64,000 nt of DNA. Origin: Piromyces finnis finn. Taxonomy: Eukaryota; Fungi; Neocallimastigomycota. The position numbers and the translations under genes are program-made. Location of the stretch: the NCBI GenBank assembly GCA_002104945.1, contig MCFH01000001.1, positions 1,736,001 to 1,800,000 on the forward strand, given 5' to 3'. Shown here piece by piece: positions 1-18,583 of this stretch. Under the pieces are notes generated by a model. The model was not told where the DNA came from. It saw only the letters and a list, made by a program, of their open reading frames with translations, and ran no database searches. How positions within the stretch are numbered: position 1 is the stretch's first letter; every line of letters starts with the position of its first letter.

Positions 1-188
1 TGGATGAATATTTTGTAATATGGCGTTATATTATGTCCAAAATGGTGATAAATGATATTAAAAATAAAAGAAAAAAAAAGTTAGAATTTAAATATAATAC
101 TTAATATTATTATATTTCATAAAACGATCTTAATGATTAAGTATCTTTTTTAGTTTTTAATATATATATTCTGATTTCTTTGTTAATA

Positions 189-190
189 AT

Positions 191-253
<63 letters not shown>

Positions 254-256
254 TTT
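189..256. repeat. (TTTA)n tetranucleotide microsatellite
   Basis: About 17 consecutive TTTA units read directly. They explain the spurious LFIY-repeat ORF 180..401. Confidence 0.95.
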
Positions 257-3200
257 TCGTTATCACTTGATATATTTTTTCAACAATTTTTTTTTAATGA
301 AAATAATATTATTAATTATTTTTACTTTGAATATTATTTTTTCATTTAATTCAAGAATTTATTCCATTTATTTTATCCACATATTTTCTAATATCTATTG
401 AATTTGAAAAAATATTAAATATATATTACTATTTTTTTCTTAAAAAAAAAAAATAGCAAATATGAGTATTTGAAAATAAAACTATATATATTATAATAAA
501 ATGATGTATTAAAAAAAAATAAAATTAAAATTTATATTTATTTATTCAAATATTTTTAATTTACATATACTATAAATTTTACTCAATTTAATAATTTTTT
601 TAATTTCAAATTTCAATAAATATTATTATTTATATTTTCTATTACTTTAAAATGATATTGTTTTAAAAATTTTAGAATTTCTATTATACTACACTATAAA
701 TCTATTATAAATATGCTTTCAAAAAATATATAAATAAAAATAATAAGATTTATTATATATACCTTCTATTATTTTGAAATTATAATTCTTTATGGCTTTT
801 ATACTAACTACAAATTTGAATTTACCGGTGCATATCTAAATTTTCTATATTTTTCTTAATATTTTACATTTAATTTTTTTTAAGATTTCTTTAAAAAATT
901 TTTTGAAGCGATTTTTATTTGTATTTATATACATTTTAATTTTGAAAAAAAAAATTTTACTTTTTAAAATAATATATTACAATTAACATGATGTATGTGT
1001 ATTATATATATTATAATATATTGAATAATTTATTTTTATTTGTAAAATAATTTTAATTTTAAAAATAAAGAAATTATATTAAAGTCAAATCATAACATCA
1101 TTCATTTTTTATTTTTTAATTTATTTATTATTAACCATTTATTATTATAATAATTATCATTTTTTGAAAGTTAAGTTATTTATTTATCTATTTATTTATT
1201 TTAAATTTAGAATTTATTTACTTTCAAAATACTTTAATTAAAATATTTAAACAAAATACACAACATGGAGAAAAACTGAAATTTTATTTTTATTTTATCT
1301 AGAATGAATTATATAAATAACTATTTTAAAATAGATTTTAAAATGAAAAATAATTATATTTAAGTTTAATTAGTATAGTTGAAGATATAAAAATGATAGA
1401 TATCAACTATATGTATTTAAAATATATTGTATTTTATTGCAAATCTGTAATTAAAAATGAATTGAAATATTAGTGTGGTCAAAAAAAAAGTATAGAATTA
1501 AGATGAGGATAATGAGGTATTAGAATGTGGCCGAGCATAAAAATAAAAAAAAGTATTTCCATTATAATTATAATATAGACATAATAACGCCAAAAGTAAA
1601 ATAATTTGTAATAGATTAGACACTTGTTACTAAAGCAATAAGTATCATACTTTATTAGATATTGAATAATTAATTTTCCAAAGTGTAAAAGTGTACCATG
1701 AAATGAATTATCTAATAATTAATAAAACATTAAAGAAATAAAATTTTAAAATTTAAAATTTATCTTTATGGTAAAATATATTAATATATGTATTATATAT
1801 TTCATATATATATTACACTTAATTATAAAATGTATTAAAAGAAAAATTGGTAAAAAGAAGTATCTAAAATTATTTTATCTTTTTTTGTAATTTAAATCAT
1901 TCACCCATATATTATAATACAAATGATATTATATAGTATATATATTATATATTAATATATAGTTATTATATTTTTGTATTAGGGATGATATATATTTTAT
2001 ATATCATTTGAATATAAATTAAATATATTAACATAATATATAAATAAAATGGACAAAGACATAAACAATTTTAATATTATTTAAAGTTTTTTCACAATTA
2101 AAAATGAAATAAAAATTCATAAATCTATTGGTAATTAACTCCATTCATTGATTGTTTTAAATCATATTTTTATTTTAATATATTAAACAATCATTGTTTA
2201 ATATATTAAAATAAAACATAAAACATTACAATACATTAAAATATATATTATTTATTGATCACATTGTACAAATTTTTATTCCAAAAGTTTATTTATTATT
2301 AAATGGAGAATTTTTGATTTTTATATTATTTTTATATTTATTGTGATATTCTGTAATATAAAATTATTTATTAAAATATATTATAATATATAATTAATTT
2401 AACTATATTAAATAAGTATTATATAAATATATTTATTTATTTATTTATGAATTAGTCATATTTTTATTTTTGTACTTTTTAGGAGTATAATGACTATAAC
2501 GCCATAAATTATTGATAGTAATATGATCATCTTAATAAACAATCATAATAAAGTGTATTTAAAAAAGAGGTAATTATTTATCAAAGAGTTTATTTAGCAT
2601 TAATATAAACTACATGACCAAAAAAAAAAAATTGAAATAAAATATCTTTCAATAAATATTATATGAGCTTATAAATACTCTTATTATTTGTAAAAATATA
2701 TATATAATTATACTACTTAAACATACAATACTAATATCAATTGTGATAGAAATTGCTTAGTAGAATAGAGAATAAATATATAAGTTTAATAGGAATTTCA
2801 CTTACTAATAATCTAATAATCAGCTACTAGGGTATACACTACTTAATATTACTTTTTTATTTTAATGAAATATTTGCAAAGCAATTTTTTTAATTTTGAT
2901 CCAATAAAATAAAAGTAAAATTTCCAAATAAATTGGATAAAATTTTCTTTAAAAAATATAGATTAGTTCTATTTATTATAATTTCCTTTTTTAATTAGTT
3001 ACTATTTACTTTCTAAAGTGATCGTTGTTAATATATTAGTAGTATGGAATGGGTTAATGAATTGAAAAAAATACCAACTATTAAATATGAATAAATAAAT
3101 AATTTAAATATATATATAGATAGATAACCTTATTAAATTTTAAATTATGTATTATTAATATAAAATTAAAATTTTTATACTGAAGCTATTTGAGGATAAA

Positions 3201-4192
3201 AAAATAAATTTTATTTATTTATGAATTTATTTTTATTTAAACAGAAATTTTATTAAAAAAAATAATTTACAGATTTTATATCATAAAAATTATTCCACTA
3301 CTATAATTATCATTTATCCTCTTTCAATACATTAATATTACCAGCCATAAAATATAAAATACATAATTATTAATACATTAATACATTATTCATTCTTTGT
3401 GTAATATATACCTTAGTTCCAAAATATCTTGTTCTTTTTTTATTTAAAACTAAAAAACAAGTATTTTCAATTAAAAGAATAAAAAGAGAAAATATTGTTT
3501 TTTTTTTTTTTTCTCTTTTTTATTTATTTTGTTTATTAAAATTAAAAGAAAAATATTATTTTACCTTTTCTTCTATTATAAGTCTTTTTTTTTTTTTGCA
3601 ATAACATATTGATTGTACTTGTTTTTAAATGTCCTATTTAATATTTATACATCTTTATATTAATAATTAAAATAATAATTTTATATAGAACGATAAACTT
3701 ATAATATATTTTGGGGAAAAAATAAACAATCTTTACTATAAATCAACAATTAGAATTTAATAATTAAATTTTAAGAATTAGAATTTATATATATATTATA
3801 TACTGATTAAATTTATTATTCCTTAAATGTATATTTTTGTCTTTATAATACAATCAAAAAGAAATAAGCAATAATTGAATATCATATAATATATAATTCC
3901 CATTTTTGGAATTTTGATCAAAGAAAATAAAAATAATAAAAATATATATATTGAAATTGTAATTTGATGGTAAAGTTGTAAGCATCTTTAAATAATCATT
4001 AAATTGTTAAAGAGTAATTAAATATCTTTATGCATAATAAAAAAAAAAATATTATTAAAAATTTTCATTGCAATTTTTTTTAATTACTCTTTCTAATAAA
4101 TTCTTTCTTATAGAACTCAATAATTTAAGCTCTTTTTAAAAATAATAATAATAATAATAATAAATTTAATTTCAGTAATCAAATTGTAAAGA

Positions 4193-8137
<3,945 letters not shown>

Positions 8138-9576
8138 AATAATTTATTCCTTTTTATATATATATATATATTATTATTATCATTTATTTATTTTTAATAT
8201 TTTAAAGAAATTAAAATTTAAAATAAAATTTTAAATAAAAAAAAAAGCACTATATTTATAAATATTATGAATATAATAATATGGAGCAAAAATAATAATA
8301 ATAATAATAATAATAATAATTAATAATATCTATTAAATAAAACACATTTATAAAAAATTATAGCCTTTTTATAATTATAGTAATTTTTATTTTTTTTATT
8401 TTTTTTTTTTTTTTTTTTTTAATTTTTTACTTGTTTTATAAATTTTGTTGTTTAATATTTAATATATATATATATATTTATATATATATCAATTTAATAA
8501 TAATAATAATAATTAAAAAGTTAAATTTACTAGTGCTTACACTAACCGCAATTTCTTATTTAAAAAAAAAAGTTTATATCAAAATTGTACTAAAATAAAA
8601 GAAAAAAAATGAAAATTTTAAAACTACTATAAATAAAAAATTTCCCTTACTCCTTAAAAAAATGAAAATTATTTAAACCCATAATAAAAATGTATTATAT
8701 ATATATTCTACTTTTTTTAAACTGCTTTTTTTTCCTCTTTTTTTTATTTTTTCTTATCCTTTCTAATTAATTTATTTAATTTTTGTTTTCATTTAATTTA
8801 TTTTCATTATTGTTATTTGGTTTTTATTTTATTTTATTTTTTTTTTTTTTATTTTTGTTTTATTTTGCTTTGTTTTGTTTTGTTATTTTTTTGTTATTTG
8901 TTTTTTTTTTTTTTTTTTTTATTTTGTTTGTTTTTTTGTTATTATTATTATTATGATTATGATTATTATTATTATTATTAGTATATTTTTAACATTATTA
9001 TTTGTTATTTATTCATTTTTATTATTAAATTTGAATTTGATATTTTATTATTATATTATAATTATTGCAGTCTAGTTTGTTATTAATTTTTATAAGTTTA
9101 TTTTATTTTATTTTATCATTTTATTTTATTATTTTATTTTATTATTTTATTTTATTGTTTTATTATTTTATCATTTTATTTTATTTTATTTTATTTATTT
9201 TATTTTATTTTATTTTATGGTTGAAGTTTTTTATTGTTATATATATTTTCACTATAATTACTAATTACTAATAAGTATTTATTAAATTATTGAATAATAT
9301 ATAAAAATAAATAAAGAATAAATTATAATTATTGAAAATTTGAATAAAATGGGTTATCTTAATAGTAGTAATAATAATGTTGAACTTTTGTTGTTGTTGT
9401 TGTTGTTGTTGATAAACAATACTAAATATTAAAAATACTAATTAAACACTATAACTATTATATTATTAAAAAAAATTTTAGACTTTTTTTGTTAATAAAA
9501 TAAAATAAAATATATAAAATATGACATGATTTTTGAGAATCATTGTTATTAACGGATTGAATAATTTTTACATAGG

Positions 9577-11865
9577 TTAATAAGATATTTCTAATCTTAC
9601 ACTATTTTGCCTTCTATGACTAAACTTTCTCGATGAAGGCAGTGGAGTTTTGATAGTCATCGTTTTATCTAATGAATCAGTTTTATCTCTATCATCATTA
9701 TTTTCCTTATTTGGTAGTGATGATGAAATAATATTTGTATTGTTTAAACCTGAATTCATTCTTGAATCATCTAAATTTAATGAATAGAAAACTTTATCAT
9801 TTGAGTTCAAATCACGTATAATAATTTCTTTTCTGAGATTACTATTACTTTTTCTATCATTCCTATAATTAGATGTAGAGTTTAATATGGTATTGGCAGT
9901 AGTGGTAACATTAATATTTGGTATATTGTTGATATCAATATTAGTAGGTTTATAATTGACTAAACTTGATCTTTTTATCTTTGAAGGTTCAATTGTTTTG
10001 CTAACCATTGGCATACGCGCATCTGAACCATTTTTTTCGCATACCTTATTATTAGGAGTTTTTGATAATCTAAATTTTTGATAAATACTCTTCTTTTTAT
10101 TATTACTATTATTATTACCATACCAATAACGCACAACTCGCTTACCTTTCTGTTTAGACAAACTGTTAATGGTTAATGGATATGAAACTGAAGTCATTGT
10201 TGAAGATATAGAATTAGATGTAGATACTGAATTAAAAGATGATGCTGATGAAAATGGTATTGATTTTAAATGCTTACATTTAATGACTTCTGTCTCTATA
10301 ATTAATTGTTCTCTGGAATCATTATATTCGTCTTCATTAGAATTAATTGAGCAAAATTCAATATCAGTATTATCCTTAACAACACATACTTGATTTAAGG
10401 GTTTAATTACTGTATTATTTTCATTATTTTTATTCGGACTGGATATAATATTAGTAGCGTTTAACTCTTTAAGACAATTAAGAGAGGATGGTGAAATTGT
10501 ATCCTGGGTATTAGAATCACCAATTGTAGAACTCTGAGATAAAGCATCATCATCACCTAATGGTTCTACTCCAGTTACGATACTGGTTAAATTATTATCT
10601 TTAATAATTGAATATTGGTTCTTATACCCACTTGTTCTCTTTTTTCTATCTTCTTTATCTTTCTTTAATTTAAATATACAAAATACATTACTAAATACTA
10701 ATATAAAATATTTAAGAATAACTGAGAAAAACTGTTCAACTTTTGTTGCAACTGACTTATTCATTGTTGAAAATGAAGTTATTGTTTTCATATCTTCATC
10801 TTCTACTTCGGCGGCGGTGTCATCAATATTAATGACTGTAGAGTTTTCAATAAACATAGTATCTTTTTCAGACTTCGAATCAGAATAAACATTATCAAGG
10901 TTCGCCATAGTATCTCTTTGATTACTATCAATAACATCAACAATATTACTAAAACGGACTGACTTTTTCTTTTTAGCTAAAGTACTCTCACTATCATTAT
11001 CATCAGAATTTACGTATGAAAACGAATAATTCGAGAACACCGAAAAAGATTTTCTTAATGGTGATCCATTATTGCTATCATCAATTAATGCTAATGCGGA
11101 ATAAGAACGAGGTACAAAAACTTGATTACTATTTGATGTATTGATAATAGATGATGGAGATGCAGGAGAATTAGGCGATACAGGAGATGCAGGTATTGAA
11201 GATACTGATCTTGTTATTTCCAGTGCACCTGTAGAAAGATGGAATCCTTTAATATCATGATTATTTGATGATACAACAATAGACAGTTGCGATTGATTAA
11301 GCGTAGTTTCCGAAATTTCTGAAGATGCCTTATTAATTAGCATCGTCTCAGTTTCTTCCTCTGAGGATAAAGACATTACTTCATTACTTATAGTATTGGT
11401 ATCAATAGTATCAATAACAGCAGAATTATTCATAACATCAATAGTAGATAATTTATCATAATTACTATTTTTCATATTTTCCTTTCCAACTATTTTTCCT
11501 TTTAAATCTTCATCCGATGTCTTTATAATGTTCCCTGATAATTCTCTTTTAGAGTTACTTAGCATCATATAATCCTTTAAAGCCTCTCGATTAGAATTTA
11601 ATTCTAACTTCTCATGGCTTAATGACGTATTCAACATTTGTTGTGGAATATTTGCTATTGAAGTATTATCTATTATACCAGAGGTATTTGATACAATACA
11701 GTCAATGGATTCTTCATATGATAATAACTCTGATTTATTATCTTCTTCAATATCTAATTCCTCGTTTATTATTCTATTAAAAGGACTTGATTGTTTTGAT
11801 AGCTGTATAGAATTTACAGGTTTAGAATTTATATTATCAAAATTTATTAATTTTGTTTCGTTCAT
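9577..11865 (-). CDS. Hypothetical intronless Ser/Asn-rich low-complexity protein (762 aa) with one hydrophobic segment and a KSVRF motif
   Basis: An uninterrupted 762-codon ORF with GC above the flanks is very unlikely by chance in this AT-rich DNA. No recognisable domain. Hydrophobic stretch FFSVILKYFILVFSNVFCIF. Confidence 0.8.
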   Translation of the reverse strand: MNETKLINFDNINSKPVNSIQLSKQSSPFNRIINEELDIEEDNKSELLSYEESIDCIVSNTSGIIDNTSIANIPQQMLNTSLSHEKLELNSNREALKDYMMLSNSKRELSGNIIKTSDEDLKGKIVGKENMKNSNYDKLSTIDVMNNSAVIDTIDTNTISNEVMSLSSEEETETMLINKASSEISETTLNQSQLSIVVSSNNHDIKGFHLSTGALEITRSVSSIPASPVSPNSPASPSSIINTSNSNQVFVPRSYSALALIDDSNNGSPLRKSFSVFSNYSFSYVNSDDNDSESTLAKKKKSVRFSNIVDVIDSNQRDTMANLDNVYSDSKSEKDTMFIENSTVINIDDTAAEVEDEDMKTITSFSTMNKSVATKVEQFFSVILKYFILVFSNVFCIFKLKKDKEDRKKRTSGYKNQYSIIKDNNLTSIVTGVEPLGDDDALSQSSTIGDSNTQDTISPSSLNCLKELNATNIISSPNKNNENNTVIKPLNQVCVVKDNTDIEFCSINSNEDEYNDSREQLIIETEVIKCKHLKSIPFSSASSFNSVSTSNSISSTMTSVSYPLTINSLSKQKGKRVVRYWYGNNNSNNKKKSIYQKFRLSKTPNNKVCEKNGSDARMPMVSKTIEPSKIKRSSLVNYKPTNIDINNIPNINVTTTANTILNSTSNYRNDRKSNSNLRKEIIIRDLNSNDKVFYSLNLDDSRMNSGLNNTNIISSSLPNKENNDDRDKTDSLDKTMTIKTPLPSSRKFSHRRQNSVRLEISY

Positions 11866-14800
11866 ATTAAAATTATTATATATTTGATATAAATGGTAAA
11901 ATTATAAAATATGTAGGATTATTTATATAATGGTATTAATATTTATAATACGGCGTTATTTTTTTGTACGAATATTACTGTTTCATAAAAATTACTAGAT
12001 TTTCTTATTTATATATATTTTTTTTGATTTATTTTGAATTACATAATATTTACATGCTCTAATAATAAATAACTTCTGTTTATTTTTTCTATAATTTAAT
12101 ATTTTATATAATTAAAAGCTATTTTAAGTTTATTATAATTGGTAAATATTAAGATTATTATTAAAATTTTGCATTAAAAAAATAAAAAATCATTATTTAT
12201 AAATAAATGCTCTTTTATTTCTTTAATAGTTGTAATACAAACTTTATTAATTATTTCTGTAGGTCAAAAATAATTAATATAGTATTTTTTCTTGTATTTT
12301 TATTGTTATTTAATAAAATATAAATGCTCAATAATAATTGATTTTATATCTATTAATTACTTTATTATATATATTAAAAATAAAAAAAAAAATATTTGCT
12401 TATTTTTATAAGACTTGTACTATCTCAAATATATATTATAAAGGTAATAAATAAATATTAAGTAATATTATTGTATTCTCTTGCTAAATTCTTTTATATT
12501 TGAAAAAAATATTGTTACTTCATGAAATATAAAAAACTAATTACTTAAAATAAATTCAAACATGTATTATTTAATTTATTTATATAATAAAATTATATTA
12601 ATATTTAAAATATTGTTATTTAACTTTTTAATATAGCATTTATCTTTTATATCAACGAAATAATAAACAACTATAATGTTTATTATTTTTAACAAATTAA
12701 TCGCAATTTTATATTTGAAGATTTTTGTTATTTCCAAATTTATATTAATCAATAATAATAAGATAATAACTATTACTATATTAATCTATAATATAATAAA
12801 ATTCATATAATTTTTATATATAATATAGTTAACTTTTAGTTTTTGCTAATTTACTATTATATTCATAAATGTAATAGAATTATTAACAATTGTATAACAT
12901 TGATTACTGTAATATTATTTTTTTTTACTTCGCTTTTGCTATTTTGTTGATTTAACACTTTTAATAATAGTATTTAATTTTATTTATTTACTACTATATT
13001 TTTTCTTTCTTTCTTTTAACTGTTATTAATACTAGTGTATTTAGTATTATTTTGCTAATAAAATATTACTATTATTAAAAAATGTAATCAAAATTACGTA
13101 TGTGATTATGTTTTTTTACTTTGAATTGAAATATATATATATATATATTTTCGCTTTTATCGTTTTTTATTTATACTATTATTATTAGTGAAATTATTAA
13201 ATAAATAAATAAATTATAAATTATAAATAAAAATTTATTAAACTAATAAGAATAGTAATGATATTGTAAATAAAAAAAGTGAAGAAACAAAAATATTTAA
13301 TAAAAAATAACTAAATTGATATAGAAATTTCAATTAAATAATAACTGTAAATAGTAAATTATTTTCTTAAAAAGTAATACAAAGGAAATAAACAACTTTT
13401 TAATATTGTTTAATTCTTTTGAATTTTGTAACTTTCTATAATAAATTAGTTATCCTTAAAAAAAATTATATTTTGATTTTTTTGGGAAAAAAAAAAAAAT
13501 AAAACCTTTTATATATATTTGACTATTTACTAACTTTAATAATTAATTTTTTTTTTCTTTTTTTACCACATCATCCATTGATTCAAGCCATTTAAATGTA
13601 CATCTAAATAATATATGCAAAAATCTCAGCAGCAGTATATTTAAATAGAGCTATAATGTTCAATCTTAACCTAAACTCTAAAATATTTTTTTTATCTATT
13701 TCATTAAATTAAAATAAGCAAATCTATTTAATCACATATATAAAATATATTATCATATATTTAGATAGTAATATTCATTATATATAAAAATAAATTAATT
13801 ATTTAAATTGAAATGCTGGATGATTTAAATAAAAAAAAGTATAACTATTATTTTTTTTTTACTAAATTCTATTTGTTAAAACCTAAAAATTTTTTATTTA
13901 TTTATATATATATTAATCAGTATATTTGAATAAATAGATTTTGAAAGTTCAATATATAAATATACTTCAATAAATGGTTTTTATTTAATTTATTAATTAA
14001 TCTTAATTGTTATTTTTTTATTTAAAAAAAAAAAAAAAGAATATTATAAAACAAATAAAACTTATTTCTTGTTTTACATAATTTAATACATATAAACCTT
14101 ATTTTATAATATTCATTGGTGTATAATACTATTATTTATAAAATAACAAAAAATAAGGTAACACATACTATAGTATAATTGATACTACAACACTATTTAT
14201 TAATTAATTTGATAATAAATTTTTGTTACCTATTTATCTATTTATTCATTTATTTTTTATTCAATATTTATTTAAAGTATTATTTATATATTTATTAATA
14301 TAATAATTTTTTTTCATTGAATTTTTTAATATGGGCACATGACAACCACATCATAAATAAAATATATTAGATTGTTCTTTATAATTAATTTCTTTTTTTA
14401 ATTTGTAACAAAATTTAAATGAAATCTACTTTATAAATTGTAATTAAATATAAATGATGGCAGAGTGAAATAATAAAAGTAATAATGACAGTAAGAATAA
14501 AAAAATAAAAGGAAATTGAATTATTATATGTCAATATTTAAGAGCAATTCAATAATCCAAATAAACTAACTACTTAATTTAAGATGGTATATCACGTGTT
14601 AATATGATTAAAATTTCTATGATCTTAATATATTATTATTTATTTATAATAATCTGACTAGCCAATAGATTTTACTCACACTAGAAGAAGAAAAAGAGTA
14701 TAAGACCATTATAAAGACCATTTCAGCATGTCGTCTTTATTCTACCCTAATGCAAATTAATAATATTATAATTATTCATATAGCAGATAAATTAATTATT

Positions 14801-15899
14801 GTCATTAATTCGATTATATAGTTAGCTAAAGTTTTTTCAATTCAAAATATAATAATATCAATTTTGTTTAATATTTAATTTATAATAGTAATAAATATTT
14901 TGTACAACTTCAAATTTCAAATTGTAAAATATATGTTTTTAAAAATGTTATATTTTAAATTTTAACTTTGATATTCCATTGTCACCTAACTAGCAAAACA
15001 AACAAACAATAATAAAAATTATTATTATGATTAGTACATAATTATTGAATTTTACCATGGTTAAAATCAATAACGAAATAACCTATTCTATTGAAAGGTT
15101 AATTATAAAAAGTTTTGCTATTGTTTTTCTTTTATTTTTTATATAATATGAAGCTTATTTTATATATTATTAAAAAAATCCACTTTTTGATTTTATTTAT
15201 GAAAAAATATTAATTATCTAATAAGATAAAGAATGAAACTATAGATATTTATAATAAAAATAAAAACTTTTCAAATGTTAATTCTCTATGTTATTGATAT
15301 TATTAGTAGTTTTCATTTATTTATTTATTTATTTATTTATTTATTTGTATATTTTAAAAAGTGATAAACTGTAAATATTACAGTTTATAGAATTTTTTTA
15401 AATAATAGTAACTATTAATTAATTATAAACCTATTAATTAAACTTTTCATAAATTTTCATCATGTTTTATATTTGATATTATTACATTCATTTAATAAAA
15501 ATAAAATGGTTTTAAATGGTAATTCTCCATTAAACATAATATTATTCTTTTTTTAATATTTATCATTTTTATTTGATAATCTTATATATTACACTGTGAG
15601 AATGTTTTTTATTATTATTATTATTATTATTATTTAATTTTTATCACTTTTCCCATATAACTTCTATATACATCATAATATAATATTAAAATGTGAGAAA
15701 AAGTTTTTATTGATTATATAGTAATAACCATTATCTTATATATTCTTCTGAAGTATTTATCTCATGTTTTCTTTTATCTTCATGTTGTAAAACTTAGAAG
15801 AGTACCTTAATAAATAAAGAATGATTAAAATTTTTAAAAAAAAAAAAAAAAGTATAAAGATAAAAAAAAAAGTAGTATGATAATCTAGAAAGGACAAAA

Positions 15900-16330
15900 T
15901 TACTATAATATGAATAGTATTCTTCTTTGTTGGATCTTTAACTTATGGTGAATTGCATATCAAAAAGATATTTGAATGAACAACTTTACAGTTCATGGGA
16001 ATCTCATGTTCTATATACAAAGGGTCTTATGTCTTTTCTTATTAAAATATTATTTATCAACAAAAGCTCCATAAACTTACTTTTTGATCGGCTTAATAAG
16101 ACACCTAACATAATCAAGAGCGTCAACATCATATCATATAGTAAATAAATATTCATAATCTTTCGTACTAAGGATCTAATATTAATAATTTAATAAATGA
16201 AATCATTAAGGATTTGTCCTCATGGGAAAACTTAATGAACACCACTATTTTATTTTATTTAGTTTATTAGATAAGAATAAATCCTACACAGCGCAAATTA
16301 TAGTGTTTATCAACTCAAATAGTTATATTT
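15900..16330 (-). pseudogene. Possible decayed coding or retroelement relic
   Basis: Island with GC above background. A minus-strand frame with several stops reads ...KPIKK*VYGAFVDK*YFNKKRHKTLCI*NMRFP*TVKLFIQ..., loosely resembling the non-LTR reverse-transcriptase segment (AFvD.kKAFD.V.H..L...L...GFP). Not verified. Confidence 0.2.
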
Positions 16331-18430
16331 TATATATCTCTTTTTATATATATTTTATTAGTAGCAATAGCAATAATAATTATACTTTTTATTTTATTAA
16401 TAGTTGATATGTATTATTATCTAATATAATGTAAATTTAATAAATTAAATTAATAAAAAAAAAAAAAGTGTATTAATATCATAAAAAAAATAATTAATAA
16501 TAAGAATAGTAATAAAGTTTTTTTAAAAAAAAAATAAAGATATATTCTAATTCTATAAGTTACCTACTAGGTTTTATTTATAGATTAAATCATAACATTA
16601 AAATAATATCTAATTTGCTATTAAGATAACACACATCTTTCAGCAAGAGAATTAAAATTTAGATAATACTTTCAAAATACGAAATGAAAATATATAAATA
16701 CATATTACAATATTACAATATATATTTTAATTTTAATTTTAAAAACTGGTATACGTTAATTACATTAATAAGGTTATATGTTTTATTATTTAATATTAAA
16801 TATAGAATTGATAATTAATGTTATGGATAAAAATAAAGACAAAAAAAAATATTGTAAAATATTATCCCAAATATTAATGTTAAAAAAGAAATTTTTCAAA
16901 GAAAAACTTTAGAGAAACAGAAAATTATAAATAGTTATAGCAAGGAAAATATAACAAAAAAATAATAAAAAAAATAAAGAATATATACACAAAAATTATT
17001 ATTATAATTATTATTTCTAATGCCTTTTTTTTTTTTAAGTTTAAGCTTATTCTTATATTGAATAGCTTGATTATTTTTATATTTTGTTTAATAGTATAGC
17101 ATAATAAATTGGATTTATATTTATCATACCAATAAAAAAAGATAATTTCTCAGCATCATAAAATAAAACAATATTTTATTATATCTTTTAAAGAATATTT
17201 CAATTAATATAATAAATTTTCTTTCTTTATTTAAAATCCTATAAGTTTCTTTTATATAAAAATTGAAAAGAGTATATTTAAAAAAAAAAAGTTTTTTTTT
17301 CATTTAAACATTAAAAAGGAATAAAGCTTTTTTAATTTGTGATAACCTAATCATTTTGATCTAAAAATAAAAATAACATCAAAAATATAATTATTTGATT
17401 AATTATTCTTAATGATTGAATTTAAACTATATAATTAGATTTTGCCAACCGAACATAAATGACCTTATTTTTTATCTATAGAATATATAAAATATTGAAA
17501 ATAAATAATAAAAAATGGTAATTTTAAACTTAACGCTTTATTATATTTCTTTTAGTAAAAATTTTATAATATATATATATATATTTTATATTATTTTTAT
17601 TTGAAAAAAAAAAAATATAATATAAAAAAAAAGTATTTGTTTAATTATTTTATAAAAGTGTTACAGTAAATTTTATTATAATAATTTATATAAAGTCAAC
17701 GAAAAAATAGTAATTTATATGTATTATTAAAATTAAAGCTATAAATACATCTATAAATATTTCCGTTACTATATAATAGATATAATGGAATTAATTATTA
17801 AATATTAGAATTTGTCATGACTGTAAATAGTGAAATACTCTAATATACATAATTACTATGGTGAAAATAAAAATCATTGTTTAATCTGAAAGAAAAAGTG
17901 AATTTTAATATATGAAGAAGAAAACAGAATAAATTAACAAATATAAAAAAAAATTGAACTGAAAATTATAATATTGTACAAGAAAGAAATTGTTGCTATA
18001 TTGAAACACTAGTATTAGGTAATAGATATAAAAATAAAATAGGAAAATTAACTATATAAAATATTATTTAAGAAATTCTTTTAAACTAATTTAATAATGT
18101 AACATTATTAAATAATAATATATATTATTTTGTATTAAAGTAAAAAAAATTAATTTTAATATTAAATATATAATTTTTCATTCTATTTTTTTTATAGTAT
18201 TAAATATTGAATAAAATATCAATTGTTTATTCTTATTAAAACATTAAAACATCAATGTTAGTTTCTAGTGATATTTCTCTTTTCTCCTAATATTAAAAAG
18301 CTTCATCTCGTCATCTTATGCCATCTAAACTTTTTAACACTAAATATTTCCAATATTTATATACACTAATGAAATTTACTAGAATTTTTTGGTTCAAACA
18401 TTTACATCATTTATCTACATTACATTTATG

Positions 18431-18583
18431 TTACATTTTTATACATTGTAAAAATAATTAATTTTCATACAAAATTTGTATTACGTTTTTATACATTGTA
18501 AAAATAATTAATTTTCATACAAAATTTGTATTACGTTTTTATACATTGTAAAAATGATTAAGTTTCATACAAAATTTGTATTA
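18431..18583. repeat. 50-bp tandem repeat (minisatellite), about 3 copies
   Basis: The unit ATACATTGTAAAAATAATTAATTTTCATACAAAATTTGTATTACGTTTTT is identical at 18441-18490 and 18491-18540. A third, slightly diverged partial copy starts at 18541. Confidence 0.92.

Noticed and set aside
180-401. 73-aa ORF (LFIY repeats)
   Set aside because: It is only the translation of a (TTTA)n microsatellite and AT-rich flank.
8875-9271. Two hydrophobic F/I/Y-rich ORFs
   Set aside because: T-rich low-complexity DNA between the convergent 3' ends of DET1 and the 9577 gene, with no coding signature.
15945-16407. Plus-strand ORFs 15945..16148 and 16222..16407 as real genes
   Set aside because: Short, with no motifs and no spliceable partners. 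The region looks more like a decayed relic on the opposite strand.
18431-18583. Repeat array considered as CRISPR-like
   Set aside because: The 50-bp units are head-to-tail with no unique spacers, the context is eukaryotic and there are no cas genes. It is an ordinary minisatellite.
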